Source of the DNA: Candidatus Sumerlaeia bacterium
GTDB lineage: Bacteria; Sumerlaeota; Sumerlaeia; SLMS01
DNA: 25,460 nt
Direction of reading: 5' to 3'
NCBI GenBank assembly: GCA_038208905.1
Contig: JBBQYG010000049.1
Span: 1-25,460, forward strand
Shown here: positions 1-8,269 of the stretch, one piece after another
Numbering within the stretch: the first letter of the stretch is position 1
Layout of the letters: each line of letters begins with the position of its first letter
Translations under genes and position numbers: made by a program
Notes under the pieces: model-generated
What the model was told of the DNA's origin: nothing
The model's database searches: none
What the model saw: the letters and a program-made list of their open reading frames with translations, nothing else

Positions 1-48
1 GCTCACGGGCCCAAGGAACTCGCGATCTTTATGATCGAGGACGCCTGA
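1..48 (+). CDS. 3' end (partial) of a probable LUD-domain lactate utilisation protein (LutC/YkgG- or LutB-like)
   Basis: Frame 1 reads AHGPKELAIFMIEDA-stop (TGA 46-48). This resembles the G[AV]HGPxxLxV motif that ends LutC/YkgG proteins. lutABC/lldEFG genes are known neighbours of rhaEW. Only 15 codons are visible and the ORF is not in the supplied track. Confidence 0.6.
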   Translation, partial: AHGPKELAIFMIEDA

Positions 49-54
49 GCCAGC

Positions 55-828
55 CTAGGCGACGATGATGCGGATGTTGGCCTCGGCACACGCCGCGACC
101 AACTCCGCGGCGGGCGGCTCGTCGGTCACGATCACGTCGATGGTCTCGAGTTCGCAGACCCTCACCATCGCGAGCCGCATGAGCTTGGACGCATCGGCCA
201 GGATCGCCACGCATTGCGAGCGCTCGATCATTTCCCTCTGCGTGTCGGCGACCATGTTGTTGGAGTTGAATACTCCCGCCGGCGTGATGCCATTGGCGCC
301 CAAAAAGGCCCAGGTGGCGTTGAACTCGCGCAGCGTCTTCACCGTAAGCGGGCCAAGCAGCACCTCGCCGCGCGGATAGACATAACCGCCCGTCATGTTG
401 ACCTCGGGAACGGCGGTGCGGCCCCGGGTGGGTTCGTTAAGCGCGGAGGCAAGCGGGAGCGAGTTGGTAATCACGCGCACCATCGGCGAGATATACAGGG
501 CCACGCCCACCGTCGTGGTGCCGCCGTCGATGATGGCGATGTCGCCATCGTGCAGCAGCTCCGCCGCGGCGCGGGCGATGCGGTTCTTCCCCTCGGGCCG
601 GTCAACCTTGCGGCGTGAGAACGGCAGCACCCCCATGATCGGCGCGTTGTCCAACTTGTGAATGCCGCCATGCCCGCGAACGACGAGCATGCGCTCCGCC
701 AGCTCGCCGAAGTCCCGCCTGATCGTCGCCGGGCTGGCAGAGAGTGCCTTCTGCGCCTCGTCAACGCTGAGGAACGATTCCTTCTGCAGCATCTCCAGGA
801 TACGGCGGCGGCGTTCCAAGGCGTGCAT
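55..828 (-). CDS. DeoR/GlpR-family transcriptional regulator (probable rhamnose regulon repressor)
   Basis: N-terminal HTH (ERRRRILEML...SPATIRRDFGEL...RGHGG) and DeoRC sensor motifs (IDGGTTT, VITNSL, TGG, LADASK). Start moved from 906 to ATG 828 (MHALERRRR), which has GGAAAG upstream. Confidence 0.93.
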   Translation of the reverse strand: MHALERRRRILEMLQKESFLSVDEAQKALSASPATIRRDFGELAERMLVVRGHGGIHKLDNAPIMGVLPFSRRKVDRPEGKNRIARAAAELLHDGDIAIIDGGTTTVGVALYISPMVRVITNSLPLASALNEPTRGRTAVPEVNMTGGYVYPRGEVLLGPLTVKTLREFNATWAFLGANGITPAGVFNSNNMVADTQREMIERSQCVAILADASKLMRLAMVRVCELETIDVIVTDEPPAAELVAACAEANIRIIVA

Positions 829-842
829 CGGGCGACTTTCCG

Positions 843-869
843 TGACTGGAAATGATCGAAATCGGTCAG
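843..869. promoter_or_regulatory. Tandem 10-bp direct repeats, putative DeoR operator (autoregulation)
   Basis: TGACTGGAAA (843-852), TGATCGAAAT (853-862) and degenerate CGGTCAG (863-869), about 15-40 nt upstream of the deoR start. The same unit recurs at 3329-3377. Confidence 0.55.
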
Positions 870-942
870 CGTAGTTTGGCGATTGCCGACTCCGGGCGCC
901 AATCAATTTTGCGCCCGGAGGTCGGTACCGCCAGTTTTGGTG

Positions 943-3183
943 TTACCGCAGAAACGCGGCGTCCAATCCGCCGTCCACGTGGATCACCTGACCGGTGGTC
1001 TTGCTCAGGCGACCGGAGACTAGGAGGAAGAACGCCTCCGCCTGGTCCGCCGGCGTGATCGGATCCTTGGTGATGGTGCGGTCGGCGTAGAACCGCGCGA
1101 GCTTGGTGCGCAGTTCCTCCGTCGCGTCGCCCTCGGCGAATGGAATGCTGTACTTGACCAGGCTGCTGATCACGCGGTCGCGGGGGAACATGCTGCTGCC
1201 TTCGACGACGGTCGCGGGGGCGACGCCGTTGACGCGGACGATGGGGCCGAGCTCCAAGGCGAGCTCGCGCACGAGGTGATTCGCCGCGGCCTTGGACGTG
1301 TCATAGGCCAGCGAGCCCTTCTTCGCCACGACGGCGTTGGCGCTGGTGGTGAGCACGAGGCTGCCGCGCAGGCCCTGCTCCTTCCAGATCGCCGCGGCCT
1401 CGTCGGCCACGATGTAGCTGCCGGTCACGTTGATGGCAAAGGTCTGGGCCCATTTCTCGTCAGGGATGTGGCCGGTGCGGTCCGGAGGAACGAAGATTCC
1501 CGCGGTGACGACGACGTTGTCGAAGCCCCCATACGCGAGCACGACTTGGCGGAGCATCGCGCGGACGCTTTCCCGGTTGGTGATGTCACAGGCGAGGCCG
1601 ATACAGTCCCCGCATCCAGAGATCCCCGTCCCCGCGACGCCGATCCCCATGCCCACCTTGGCGGTGATCTCCTTCGCGGTCTCCTTGGCGGCGGTTTCGT
1701 TCATATCGACGGCCACCACCACCGTGCCCTCGCGGATCAGGCGCGTGACGACTTCCTTGCCGATGCCGGAACCCGCGCCGATGACGACGGTGATCTGGCG
1801 CGCGAGCTCCTGCTCCGGCGGCATGCGCTGGAGCTTCGCCTCTTCCAGAAGCCAGTATTCGATGTCAAACGCCTCCTGCTGCGGGAGCGCGATGTACTCG
1901 TCGACAGCCTCGGCTCCGCGCATCACTTCCACGGCGCAGTTATAGAATTCGGCGGTCACGCGGGATTCGCTCTTGCTCTTCCCCCACGCGATCATTCCGA
2001 CGCCGGGCACTAGAATAACTGTGGGATTCGGGTCGCGCATGGCGGGTGAGTTGGGCCGCCTGCAACGGTCGTAATAGGCCTTGTAGTCGTCGCGATAGGC
2101 GGAGAGCGCCTTGGCGAAGCGGGACTTCATGTCGGCGACGAAGGCGTCGATCTCGTTCTCCGAGCAGAGGTCCTTCACGATCGGATCAAGCGGCAAATAG
2201 AGCGGCTTGATCTTCGTGCGCAGGAAGTGATCGGGGCAGGACGTGCCCAACTCCGCAAGGCGCGGCGCGTCGTTGGAGTTCACGAAGCGCAGCAGCGTTT
2301 CGTCGTCCTGAATCGTCGCGATCATGCGCTTGCCCGCGCCGAGCTGGCCGCGAAGCCACGGCAACAGGCGCACAAGAATCGCCTGGCGCGGGCCCTCGCT
2401 GAAGCTGCTGTGGCGCTGGCCGCCAAAGGCCTCCGCGTGGCCGCCCTTCTCCTCATACTTCTTCTCGATATACGCCGACGCCTTCTCGATCAGGTCCAGG
2501 CTCAGGTAATAGCAATCGCGGTCGTCGTTGGCCCAGTTGATCAGGCCGTGCTGGCCCATAATGATGCCGACGGCGTTGGGGTGCTCGCGGCAGACCTGCT
2601 GCATCTGGAGCCCCAGCTCGAAGCCCGGGCGCAGCCACGGCAGGTGCACGATGCCGTCGCCATAGATTTCCTTCGTCACCTCGACGGATCGCGCGCACGC
2701 AGCCACCGCGATGGGGGCGTTGGGATGCGTGTGGTCCACGAAGCGAAAGGGCACAAAGGAATGCAGCGGCGTGTCGATGGACGGCGCGCGGCGGTTCAGG
2801 TTGAAGACCGTGTGGTTGAACAACTCCACCATGCCGTCCTCGGCGGGCGTCTTGGGGCCGCGGTCCTTGCGCGAGGCATAGACCTTCTGCAGGGCCAGCA
2901 GCTTCTCCTGATAGAGGGAGGAGAAATTGTCGCGCTTCGACGTGCGCAGGTCGCCGCCGGAGCCCTTCACCCAGAGCACTTCGGCCTGCTCTCCGGTGAC
3001 GGGATCGGTTTCCGTCAGCTTGGAGGACGTGTTGCCGCCGCCGGTGTTGGTCACGCGCTGGTCGCGGCCAAGGGCGTTGGAGCGATAGACGAGGCGGTCG
3101 AGCGGGGAGAGCGCTGCGGCCTCCTTGTCGTTCCAGAGATCGTTGACGAAGCGGTACGTCTCGCGTTCGGAAGCCACGGACAT
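943..3183 (-). CDS. rhaEW: Bifunctional rhamnulose-1-phosphate aldolase / short-chain (lactaldehyde) dehydrogenase, RhaEW/YuxG type
   Basis: Class II aldolase N-domain (GGGNTSSK, VKGSGGDL, PSIDTPLH, DHTH, QHG, GTSCPDHFLRTKI, EYWLLEEAKL) fused to an SDR domain (IGAGSGIG, AYDTSKAA, RVNGVAP, TGQVIHVDGG). Confidence 0.93.
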   Translation of the reverse strand: MSVASERETYRFVNDLWNDKEAAALSPLDRLVYRSNALGRDQRVTNTGGGNTSSKLTETDPVTGEQAEVLWVKGSGGDLRTSKRDNFSSLYQEKLLALQKVYASRKDRGPKTPAEDGMVELFNHTVFNLNRRAPSIDTPLHSFVPFRFVDHTHPNAPIAVAACARSVEVTKEIYGDGIVHLPWLRPGFELGLQMQQVCREHPNAVGIIMGQHGLINWANDDRDCYYLSLDLIEKASAYIEKKYEEKGGHAEAFGGQRHSSFSEGPRQAILVRLLPWLRGQLGAGKRMIATIQDDETLLRFVNSNDAPRLAELGTSCPDHFLRTKIKPLYLPLDPIVKDLCSENEIDAFVADMKSRFAKALSAYRDDYKAYYDRCRRPNSPAMRDPNPTVILVPGVGMIAWGKSKSESRVTAEFYNCAVEVMRGAEAVDEYIALPQQEAFDIEYWLLEEAKLQRMPPEQELARQITVVIGAGSGIGKEVVTRLIREGTVVVAVDMNETAAKETAKEITAKVGMGIGVAGTGISGCGDCIGLACDITNRESVRAMLRQVVLAYGGFDNVVVTAGIFVPPDRTGHIPDEKWAQTFAINVTGSYIVADEAAAIWKEQGLRGSLVLTTSANAVVAKKGSLAYDTSKAAANHLVRELALELGPIVRVNGVAPATVVEGSSMFPRDRVISSLVKYSIPFAEGDATEELRTKLARFYADRTITKDPITPADQAEAFFLLVSGRLSKTTGQVIHVDGGLDAAFLR

Positions 3184-3328
3184 CGGAGAACCCTTCCCTA
3201 TTGGATAGCTGGTGCCCCGTTTCAGGCCGATGGCGGGGGCGAGGACTGCGATGAAACCCGAATCAGTCAGAACGGATCCGTTTCGCGGAGACCGTAGGGA
3301 GTGGGACCGCTAGGGCGCAACGCCAATT

Positions 3329-3377
3329 TGATCGGAATTGCTCGAAAATGACATAATTGGTTGAAAACGATCATTTT
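3329..3377. promoter_or_regulatory. Array of about five ~10-bp direct repeats, putative DeoR operator in the rhaEW/esterase divergent region
   Basis: TGATCGGAAT, TGCTCGAAAA, TGACATAAT, TGGTTGAAAA, CGATCATTTT in an AT-rich island. Same consensus (TGAtcGaAAw) as 843-862. Confidence 0.55.
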
Positions 3378-3466
3378 TGGGCGAGGGTTGGCGGGAATGG
3401 CTTGCCTCGGGATTCTTGCAGGTGAGTGGACTCCATACCGCCATCAAGATACCAACGGAGGTTCCC

Positions 3467-5308
3467 GTGCTCGAACTTCATCCCCGCTTTTCCAATCACA
3501 TGGTCATTCAGCGCGATGCACCGATCCCGGTCTCGGGCCGCGCCGCCGCCGGGGCGCCCGTCTCGATTCGGGTCGGCGGGGTAGTGATGACCACCCAAGC
3601 CAACGCCGTCGCCGCGTGGCTGATCGAGTTGCCCCCCATGCCTGCCGGTGGGCCGTGGCAGGTTGAGGTACGCTCGGGAAGCGAGGTGGTAACCGTCACC
3701 GACGTGTGGATCGGCGACGTGTGGCTCTGCGCCGGGCAGTCCAACATGGATTGGAAACTGCGGCAGTGCCAGGCGACGGAGATCCTCAAGGCCCGCGCCG
3801 CCGCTCACCCCTCGGTCCGCGTCTTGACGGTTCCCAAGGCTGGGTCCGACTCGCCTGTGGAAGGGCTCGACGCGAAGTGGACAGTCTCCACGCCCGAGAC
3901 CGTCGATGGATTCTCCGCCGTGGCGACGTTCTTTTCCCAGCACCTGCGTGCGCTCTCCTCCGCCGCCGCGGGAATTCCCATCGGTCTCGTGGATGCCTCC
4001 TACGGCGGTACCGAAATCGAGGCGTGGATGAGCCCGGAGTTTCTCTCTCGCGAGTTTGCGGGAGAGGGGCTGCAGCCCTCGCGATTCGACTTCAATCCCT
4101 CCGCCATGTTCAACGCCATGATCGCGCCCCTGTTGCCGATGCGCGCCCGTGGGGCGCTGTGGTACCAGGGTGAGTCCAACGCCAACCGCCCGGGGCAGTA
4201 TGCCCGCCTGCTGGAGGGGCTGGTGCGGGACTGGCGGCATATCTTCGCGTCACCCGAGCTTCCGTTCCTCATTGTGCAGCTCCCCAACTACGCCTTCCCT
4301 CTCGAACGGTTAACATTCACCTGGGTCCGCGAAGACGAGGCCGCGGTGGCGCGAAAGGTGCCGGGCGTCCACCTTGCCGTGACAATTGACGGACCCGACG
4401 GCCACGATCTGCATCCCCACGAAAAGGAGGAGATCGGTCGGCGGCTGGCGCTGTTGGCGGCGCGGCATTGCTATGGAGAAGGAGACGTTGTCGCCTCAGG
4501 GCCTGTCTATACAGGACACGAAATCGATGGCGACACCGCGCGAATTCACTTCGACAGCGCGGCGGGGCTGAAGACCACCGACGGCGGCCCCGTGGCGGGA
4601 TTCGCATTGGAGGCGGAGGGCGGCATATACTTATATGCACTTGGCGCCATCGATGGAAACACCGTCGTGCTAGACACGCGAAAGGCCGCGGGCGCGCGCT
4701 GCATCCGCTACGCATGGGAGGGCGATCCGCGCGTCAACCTCGTCAACGGCGCGGGGCTTCCCGCCGCCCCCTTCCGCACCGACAACAACCCCGTGTCCCC
4801 CGTGGAAATCGCCACGCTGCCGCCGGCGCATCAGGTCGAAATCGGCGACATGCTCGTGACCGTCGATGGCGACGGCTCGCTGCGGAGCCTGCTACTCGGC
4901 GCGACGGAGTTCCTGCGCTTCGGTCCGCCGCTCGCACGGGGCGGCGTGTACTACTACCTCTTCGAGCTGTTTGGCGCGATGCCTCTGTTTCACACGGTGA
5001 AGGAGGGCCCGCGCGTCATTTCCGCAGAGAACTTTTCGGCGTCGGCGCGATACGTGTTCGAGAACACCGGAGTTCGATGCACGCTCTTCAACAAGGGCTC
5101 CGAGCACATCTTCTACCGCATCGCGCTCCTCAACGACGTCGAAGGGGTCGAATTGGACAAGCCCGGCAGTGTCGTGGTCCAGCGCGAGGGACGCCGCCTA
5201 AGGTTCGAGGGCGTTGACCAACTTCGCCGCCACGATGCACTCGGCGCCGTGGTGGAGGTCGAGGTGCTGCCCGCGCAATCGCGCGCGGTGTTCATCCGGC
5301 AGGCGTAG
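3467..5308 (+). CDS. Sialate O-acetylesterase-like SGNH hydrolase (SASA domain) with a C-terminal extension
   Basis: FSNHMVIQR, GDVWLCAGQSNM (catalytic Ser), GGTEIEAWMS, WYQGESN, VQLPNY, DLHP (Asp/His), RYAW...NLVNGAGLPAAPFRTD. Start set at GTG 3467 behind GGAGG (3457-3461). Confidence 0.88.
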   Translation: MLELHPRFSNHMVIQRDAPIPVSGRAAAGAPVSIRVGGVVMTTQANAVAAWLIELPPMPAGGPWQVEVRSGSEVVTVTDVWIGDVWLCAGQSNMDWKLRQCQATEILKARAAAHPSVRVLTVPKAGSDSPVEGLDAKWTVSTPETVDGFSAVATFFSQHLRALSSAAAGIPIGLVDASYGGTEIEAWMSPEFLSREFAGEGLQPSRFDFNPSAMFNAMIAPLLPMRARGALWYQGESNANRPGQYARLLEGLVRDWRHIFASPELPFLIVQLPNYAFPLERLTFTWVREDEAAVARKVPGVHLAVTIDGPDGHDLHPHEKEEIGRRLALLAARHCYGEGDVVASGPVYTGHEIDGDTARIHFDSAAGLKTTDGGPVAGFALEAEGGIYLYALGAIDGNTVVLDTRKAAGARCIRYAWEGDPRVNLVNGAGLPAAPFRTDNNPVSPVEIATLPPAHQVEIGDMLVTVDGDGSLRSLLLGATEFLRFGPPLARGGVYYYLFELFGAMPLFHTVKEGPRVISAENFSASARYVFENTGVRCTLFNKGSEHIFYRIALLNDVEGVELDKPGSVVVQREGRRLRFEGVDQLRRHDALGAVVEVEVLPAQSRAVFIRQA

Positions 5309-6203
5309 CGGCGCGGTCGCCCTTGCGGCGAAACTCCGACGGCGTTTGGCCGGTGATGCGGCGGAAGACGCGGTTGAAGTGCGCCAGATCGCCGAAGCCC
5401 GATTCGTGGGCGATGGTGATGACCTTCTCTCCCGTGGAGTTCAGCATGACCATCGCGCGCTCGATGCGGCGATGGTGCAGGTACTCCACGATGGTCCGCC
5501 CGGTGTGCTTCTTGAAGAGACGACACAGATGCGCGCCGCTCATGTGGGCGCGCGCGGCAACGTCGCCCAGCCGCATCTCCTCCCGCCAGTTCTCCTCGAT
5601 GTGCCGGCGGACGCGCTCCACTGCGAGCGCGGATCCGGTGACGAGTTCCGCATCCGCCCGAAAGTGCTGGCGGGCAAATCGCGCGCACTCGATCAGGAAC
5701 AGGTGCATGTAGTGGGTCATCGCGCCCAGGTACTCGGGCCGCCGTTGCTCGGCCTCGTCCACCAGAGCGAGGAGGATCGTCGCCATCCGATCCACGTTTT
5801 CCAGGCGGTACTGGCTCACGCGGTTCATGTTGTGCGCCATGCCGGGCGCCAGCGGGAGGATGCGGGGGAGCGCGGCGGCCAGATCGCCGGAGAGCGTGGG
5901 CAGCCCGACCCACCGCGGATCGATATAGACGTTCACAACGTCCACGCCGCGTGGGCCCGCGATGATCGCGTGGGATTGGCCGAAGTTCACCACGCCCAGG
6001 TCGCCGCGCGCCAGTGGCTGCTCCCCGCCCCCCTCCATCAGGTGGGTCGCCTCGCCGTCGAGGACGAGGAACAACTCCACCACATCGTGGCTGTGGGCAG
6101 CACGGTCGATGTTCGTGTAGTGGGCGAACCGTTGGCTGGAGAACCCGAGGGTTCTGATGGAAGGGAGCCCTGGGTCGTGCAAAAGTTGAAGCAGCTGTTG
6201 CAT
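5292..6203 (-). CDS. AraC-family transcriptional regulator
   Basis: N-terminal cupin (AHSHDVVELFLVLDGE, GQSH) and C-terminal double HTH (MSGAHLCRLFKKHTG...IAHESGFGDLAHFNRVFRRITGQTPSEFR). Overlaps the convergent esterase by 17 nt. Exact start is uncertain. Confidence 0.93.
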   Translation of the reverse strand: MQQLLQLLHDPGLPSIRTLGFSSQRFAHYTNIDRAAHSHDVVELFLVLDGEATHLMEGGGEQPLARGDLGVVNFGQSHAIIAGPRGVDVVNVYIDPRWVGLPTLSGDLAAALPRILPLAPGMAHNMNRVSQYRLENVDRMATILLALVDEAEQRRPEYLGAMTHYMHLFLIECARFARQHFRADAELVTGSALAVERVRRHIEENWREEMRLGDVAARAHMSGAHLCRLFKKHTGRTIVEYLHHRRIERAMVMLNSTGEKVITIAHESGFGDLAHFNRVFRRITGQTPSEFRRKGDRAATPAG

Positions 6204-6206
6204 TTC

Positions 6207-6296
6207 TCAAGATCGGCCCACTGTTGGATCAAGATCGTCCAAGATTTCCGGCATTGGAGGGCGGAAAGTGCTGGAGCGTCTTTAGCCCGGTATGAT
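6207..6296 (+). promoter_or_regulatory. Putative AraC-type direct-repeat site and -10 box upstream of the first PhyH gene
   Basis: TCAAGATCG at 6207-6215 and 6229-6237 (22-nt period), partial CCAAGAT at 6239-6245, and TATGAT at 6291-6296 with no good -35. Confidence 0.45.
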
Positions 6297-6327
6297 TATT
6301 CCCGGCACCCACTGGCAAGGAGAAACC

Positions 6328-7158
6328 ATGGCAACCACGATCAGCAGCCCGGTGACCAAGGCACAGGTCGCCTTCTACCGTGAAAACGGCTACGTTCAGA
6401 TCAACGACATCCTCACGGAGGAGGAAGTCGATCGGCTCGGCGCGCTCACCGATGAGATGAACGCCCTCATTGAGAAGGACCTTCCGCCGCTTGAGGAGCG
6501 GAACAAGTACCAGCAGGTGTTCATGCAGGTGGTGAACGTGTGGCGGCGCGACGCGCGCTTTCGTGAGTTTACCTTTCACCCCCGCCTCGCCGAGGCCGCC
6601 CGGGCCCTGATTGGGGCCGACAAGGTGCGCCTGTGGCACGACCACCTGATGACCAAGACGGCGGGCAAGGCGGGACGCGCCACGGACTGGCACCAGGACT
6701 TTCCCTACTGGCCCATCGTCGAGTCGGGCCCGATGTCGGTCTGGATTCCCATGCAGGACGTTGATCTTGAGATGGGCTGCATGCACTTCGTCCCCAAGTC
6801 CCACTCGTGGGGATTCGACGAGGCGATCCGCATCGACAAGGAAGGCGCCGCCGACCTCTTCGACCTCGTGAAGGCCAAGCCGCCGGAGGAGGTTCAGCGC
6901 GTTTATGTTCCCCTGAAGAAGGGGAGCGTGACGTTCCACAACGGCCTCACGTTTCATTTCGCCGGGAAGAACCTCTCGGAGTCCGCGCGTCGCGTGCTCT
7001 CCGTGATCTACATGGCCGACGGCAGCACCTATGTGCCGCGCGACAGGCCGCCCGGATACAACGACGGCGACATCAAAGTCCATCCGGTCACGGACGAGGC
7101 GGGCTACCTGAAGTCCGGCGATAAGTTCGGCGGCGAGTACTTCCCGATTATCGACTGA
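6328..7158 (+). CDS. Phytanoyl-CoA dioxygenase (PhyH)-family Fe(II)/2-oxoglutarate dioxygenase
   Basis: FYRENGYV, WHQD (HxD), VWIPM..V....GCMHFVPKSH, GSVTFHNGLTFH (distal His), RR. ATG 6328 follows AAGGAG. Confidence 0.9.
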   Translation: MATTISSPVTKAQVAFYRENGYVQINDILTEEEVDRLGALTDEMNALIEKDLPPLEERNKYQQVFMQVVNVWRRDARFREFTFHPRLAEAARALIGADKVRLWHDHLMTKTAGKAGRATDWHQDFPYWPIVESGPMSVWIPMQDVDLEMGCMHFVPKSHSWGFDEAIRIDKEGAADLFDLVKAKPPEEVQRVYVPLKKGSVTFHNGLTFHFAGKNLSESARRVLSVIYMADGSTYVPRDRPPGYNDGDIKVHPVTDEAGYLKSGDKFGGEYFPIID

Positions 7159-7167
7159 GCGTTCGAC

Positions 7168-7196
7168 GCGGGGCGGCGCCTCTTGCGCCGTCCCGC
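7168..7196 (+). terminator. GC-rich stem-loop between the two PhyH genes (stabiliser or weak terminator)
   Basis: GCGGGGCGGCGC-CTCTT-GCGCCGTCCCGC: 12-bp stem with one G-U pair and no U-tract. Confidence 0.4.
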
Positions 7197-7255
7197 CCAT
7201 TGCCCTTGCCTGGATGGCCACAAACCAGTTACTCCCAAGCGAGAGAGGATTTCCA

Positions 7256-8164
7256 ATGGGCTACACCGATTCGACCAGCATTATCAGCGATCCCATCGCC
7301 CTGCGCGAGCGCGCCGAGGAAGACGGCTATCTCTTCTTTCGCGGCCTCCTGCCCAAGGATCTGGTGTTGGAGCTGCGTCGCCAGATTCTCGGCGTCCTCG
7401 ATCGCAACAACCTGATCGACCGCGGCCATCCGCTGCTTGATGCCTACGTCAATCGCGAGACCGTTCTGGCGGACGACATTGATCGGATCGTGGCGGCGGG
7501 ACTCGGGGTGCGGCCCGAGCTCTACGCCGAGGTGCAGCGTCTGGAACTCTTCCACGCCCTGCCTCACCACCCCGCGATGAAGACGCTCTATCGCAACCTC
7601 TTCGGCGAGGAAGTCTTCGTCCATCCGCGCCACATCGCACGCATCATGGTGCCCGCGGACTATAACCACGCGACGCCGCTGCATCAGGACTTCATCCACA
7701 TTCAGGGCACGACGAACGTGTGGACGGCTTGGTTCCCGATGGGGGATTGCCCGCGCGAGCTCGGCGGCCTATCAGTCGCACGCGGCTCCCACCAGCTCGG
7801 CCTCCTGCCGGTCGGCTATGCGCAGGGGGCGGGGAACTATGCGAGCCAGCTCTGTGACGAGCCCGAATGGATTGAGGACAATTTCCGCTGCGGAGATGTG
7901 CTGACATTCCACAGCCACACGGTTCACAAGGGCCAGAAGCCCAGCATCACCGACCGCATTCGACTCTCCGGCGACGTGCGCTACCAGCCCGCGAGCGAGG
8001 GGATCGAGCAGCGGTCGCTGGAACCCCACTGCGCCGTGACCACGTGGGAGGACATCTACGCGGGGTGGAAGAGCGACAAGCTTAAGTACTACTGGCAGCA
8101 GAACGACCTCTCAATGTCGCCATGGGACGAGTCGATCCGTTGGCAGAAAGAGAAGATCTGCTGA
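7256..8164 (+). CDS. Second PhyH-family Fe(II)/2-oxoglutarate dioxygenase (different subfamily, PtlH-like motifs)
   Basis: EDGYLFFRG, TPLHQD, WTAWFPMGDCP..LGGL...GSH, GDVLTFHSHTVH, RLSGDVRYQ. ATG 7256 follows GAGAGGA. Confidence 0.9.
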   Translation: MGYTDSTSIISDPIALRERAEEDGYLFFRGLLPKDLVLELRRQILGVLDRNNLIDRGHPLLDAYVNRETVLADDIDRIVAAGLGVRPELYAEVQRLELFHALPHHPAMKTLYRNLFGEEVFVHPRHIARIMVPADYNHATPLHQDFIHIQGTTNVWTAWFPMGDCPRELGGLSVARGSHQLGLLPVGYAQGAGNYASQLCDEPEWIEDNFRCGDVLTFHSHTVHKGQKPSITDRIRLSGDVRYQPASEGIEQRSLEPHCAVTTWEDIYAGWKSDKLKYYWQQNDLSMSPWDESIRWQKEKIC

Positions 8165-8165
8165 A

Positions 8166-8253
8166 GCATCTTGGCATGGCGCGCCTCGCCAGCGCTGACG
8201 GGCCCGGAACGCCTGTCCGGAAGTCGAGCGCTGGCGGGGCTTTGACAAGATGC
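8166..8253. repeat. 88-nt imperfect inverted repeat between convergent genes
   Basis: GCATCTTG (8166-8173)/CAAGATGC (8246-8253); GCCTCGCCAGCGCT (8183-8196)/AGCGCTGGCGGGGC (8227-8240); GAC/GTC; CCGGA (8204-8208)/TCCGG (8216-8220). Confidence 0.7.
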
Positions 8254-8269
8254 CAACGCGACCGTTGTC

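Noticed and set aside
829-906. N-terminal extension of the DeoR ORF
   Set aside because: Covers the operator-like repeats; the DeoR HTH begins at ATG 828.
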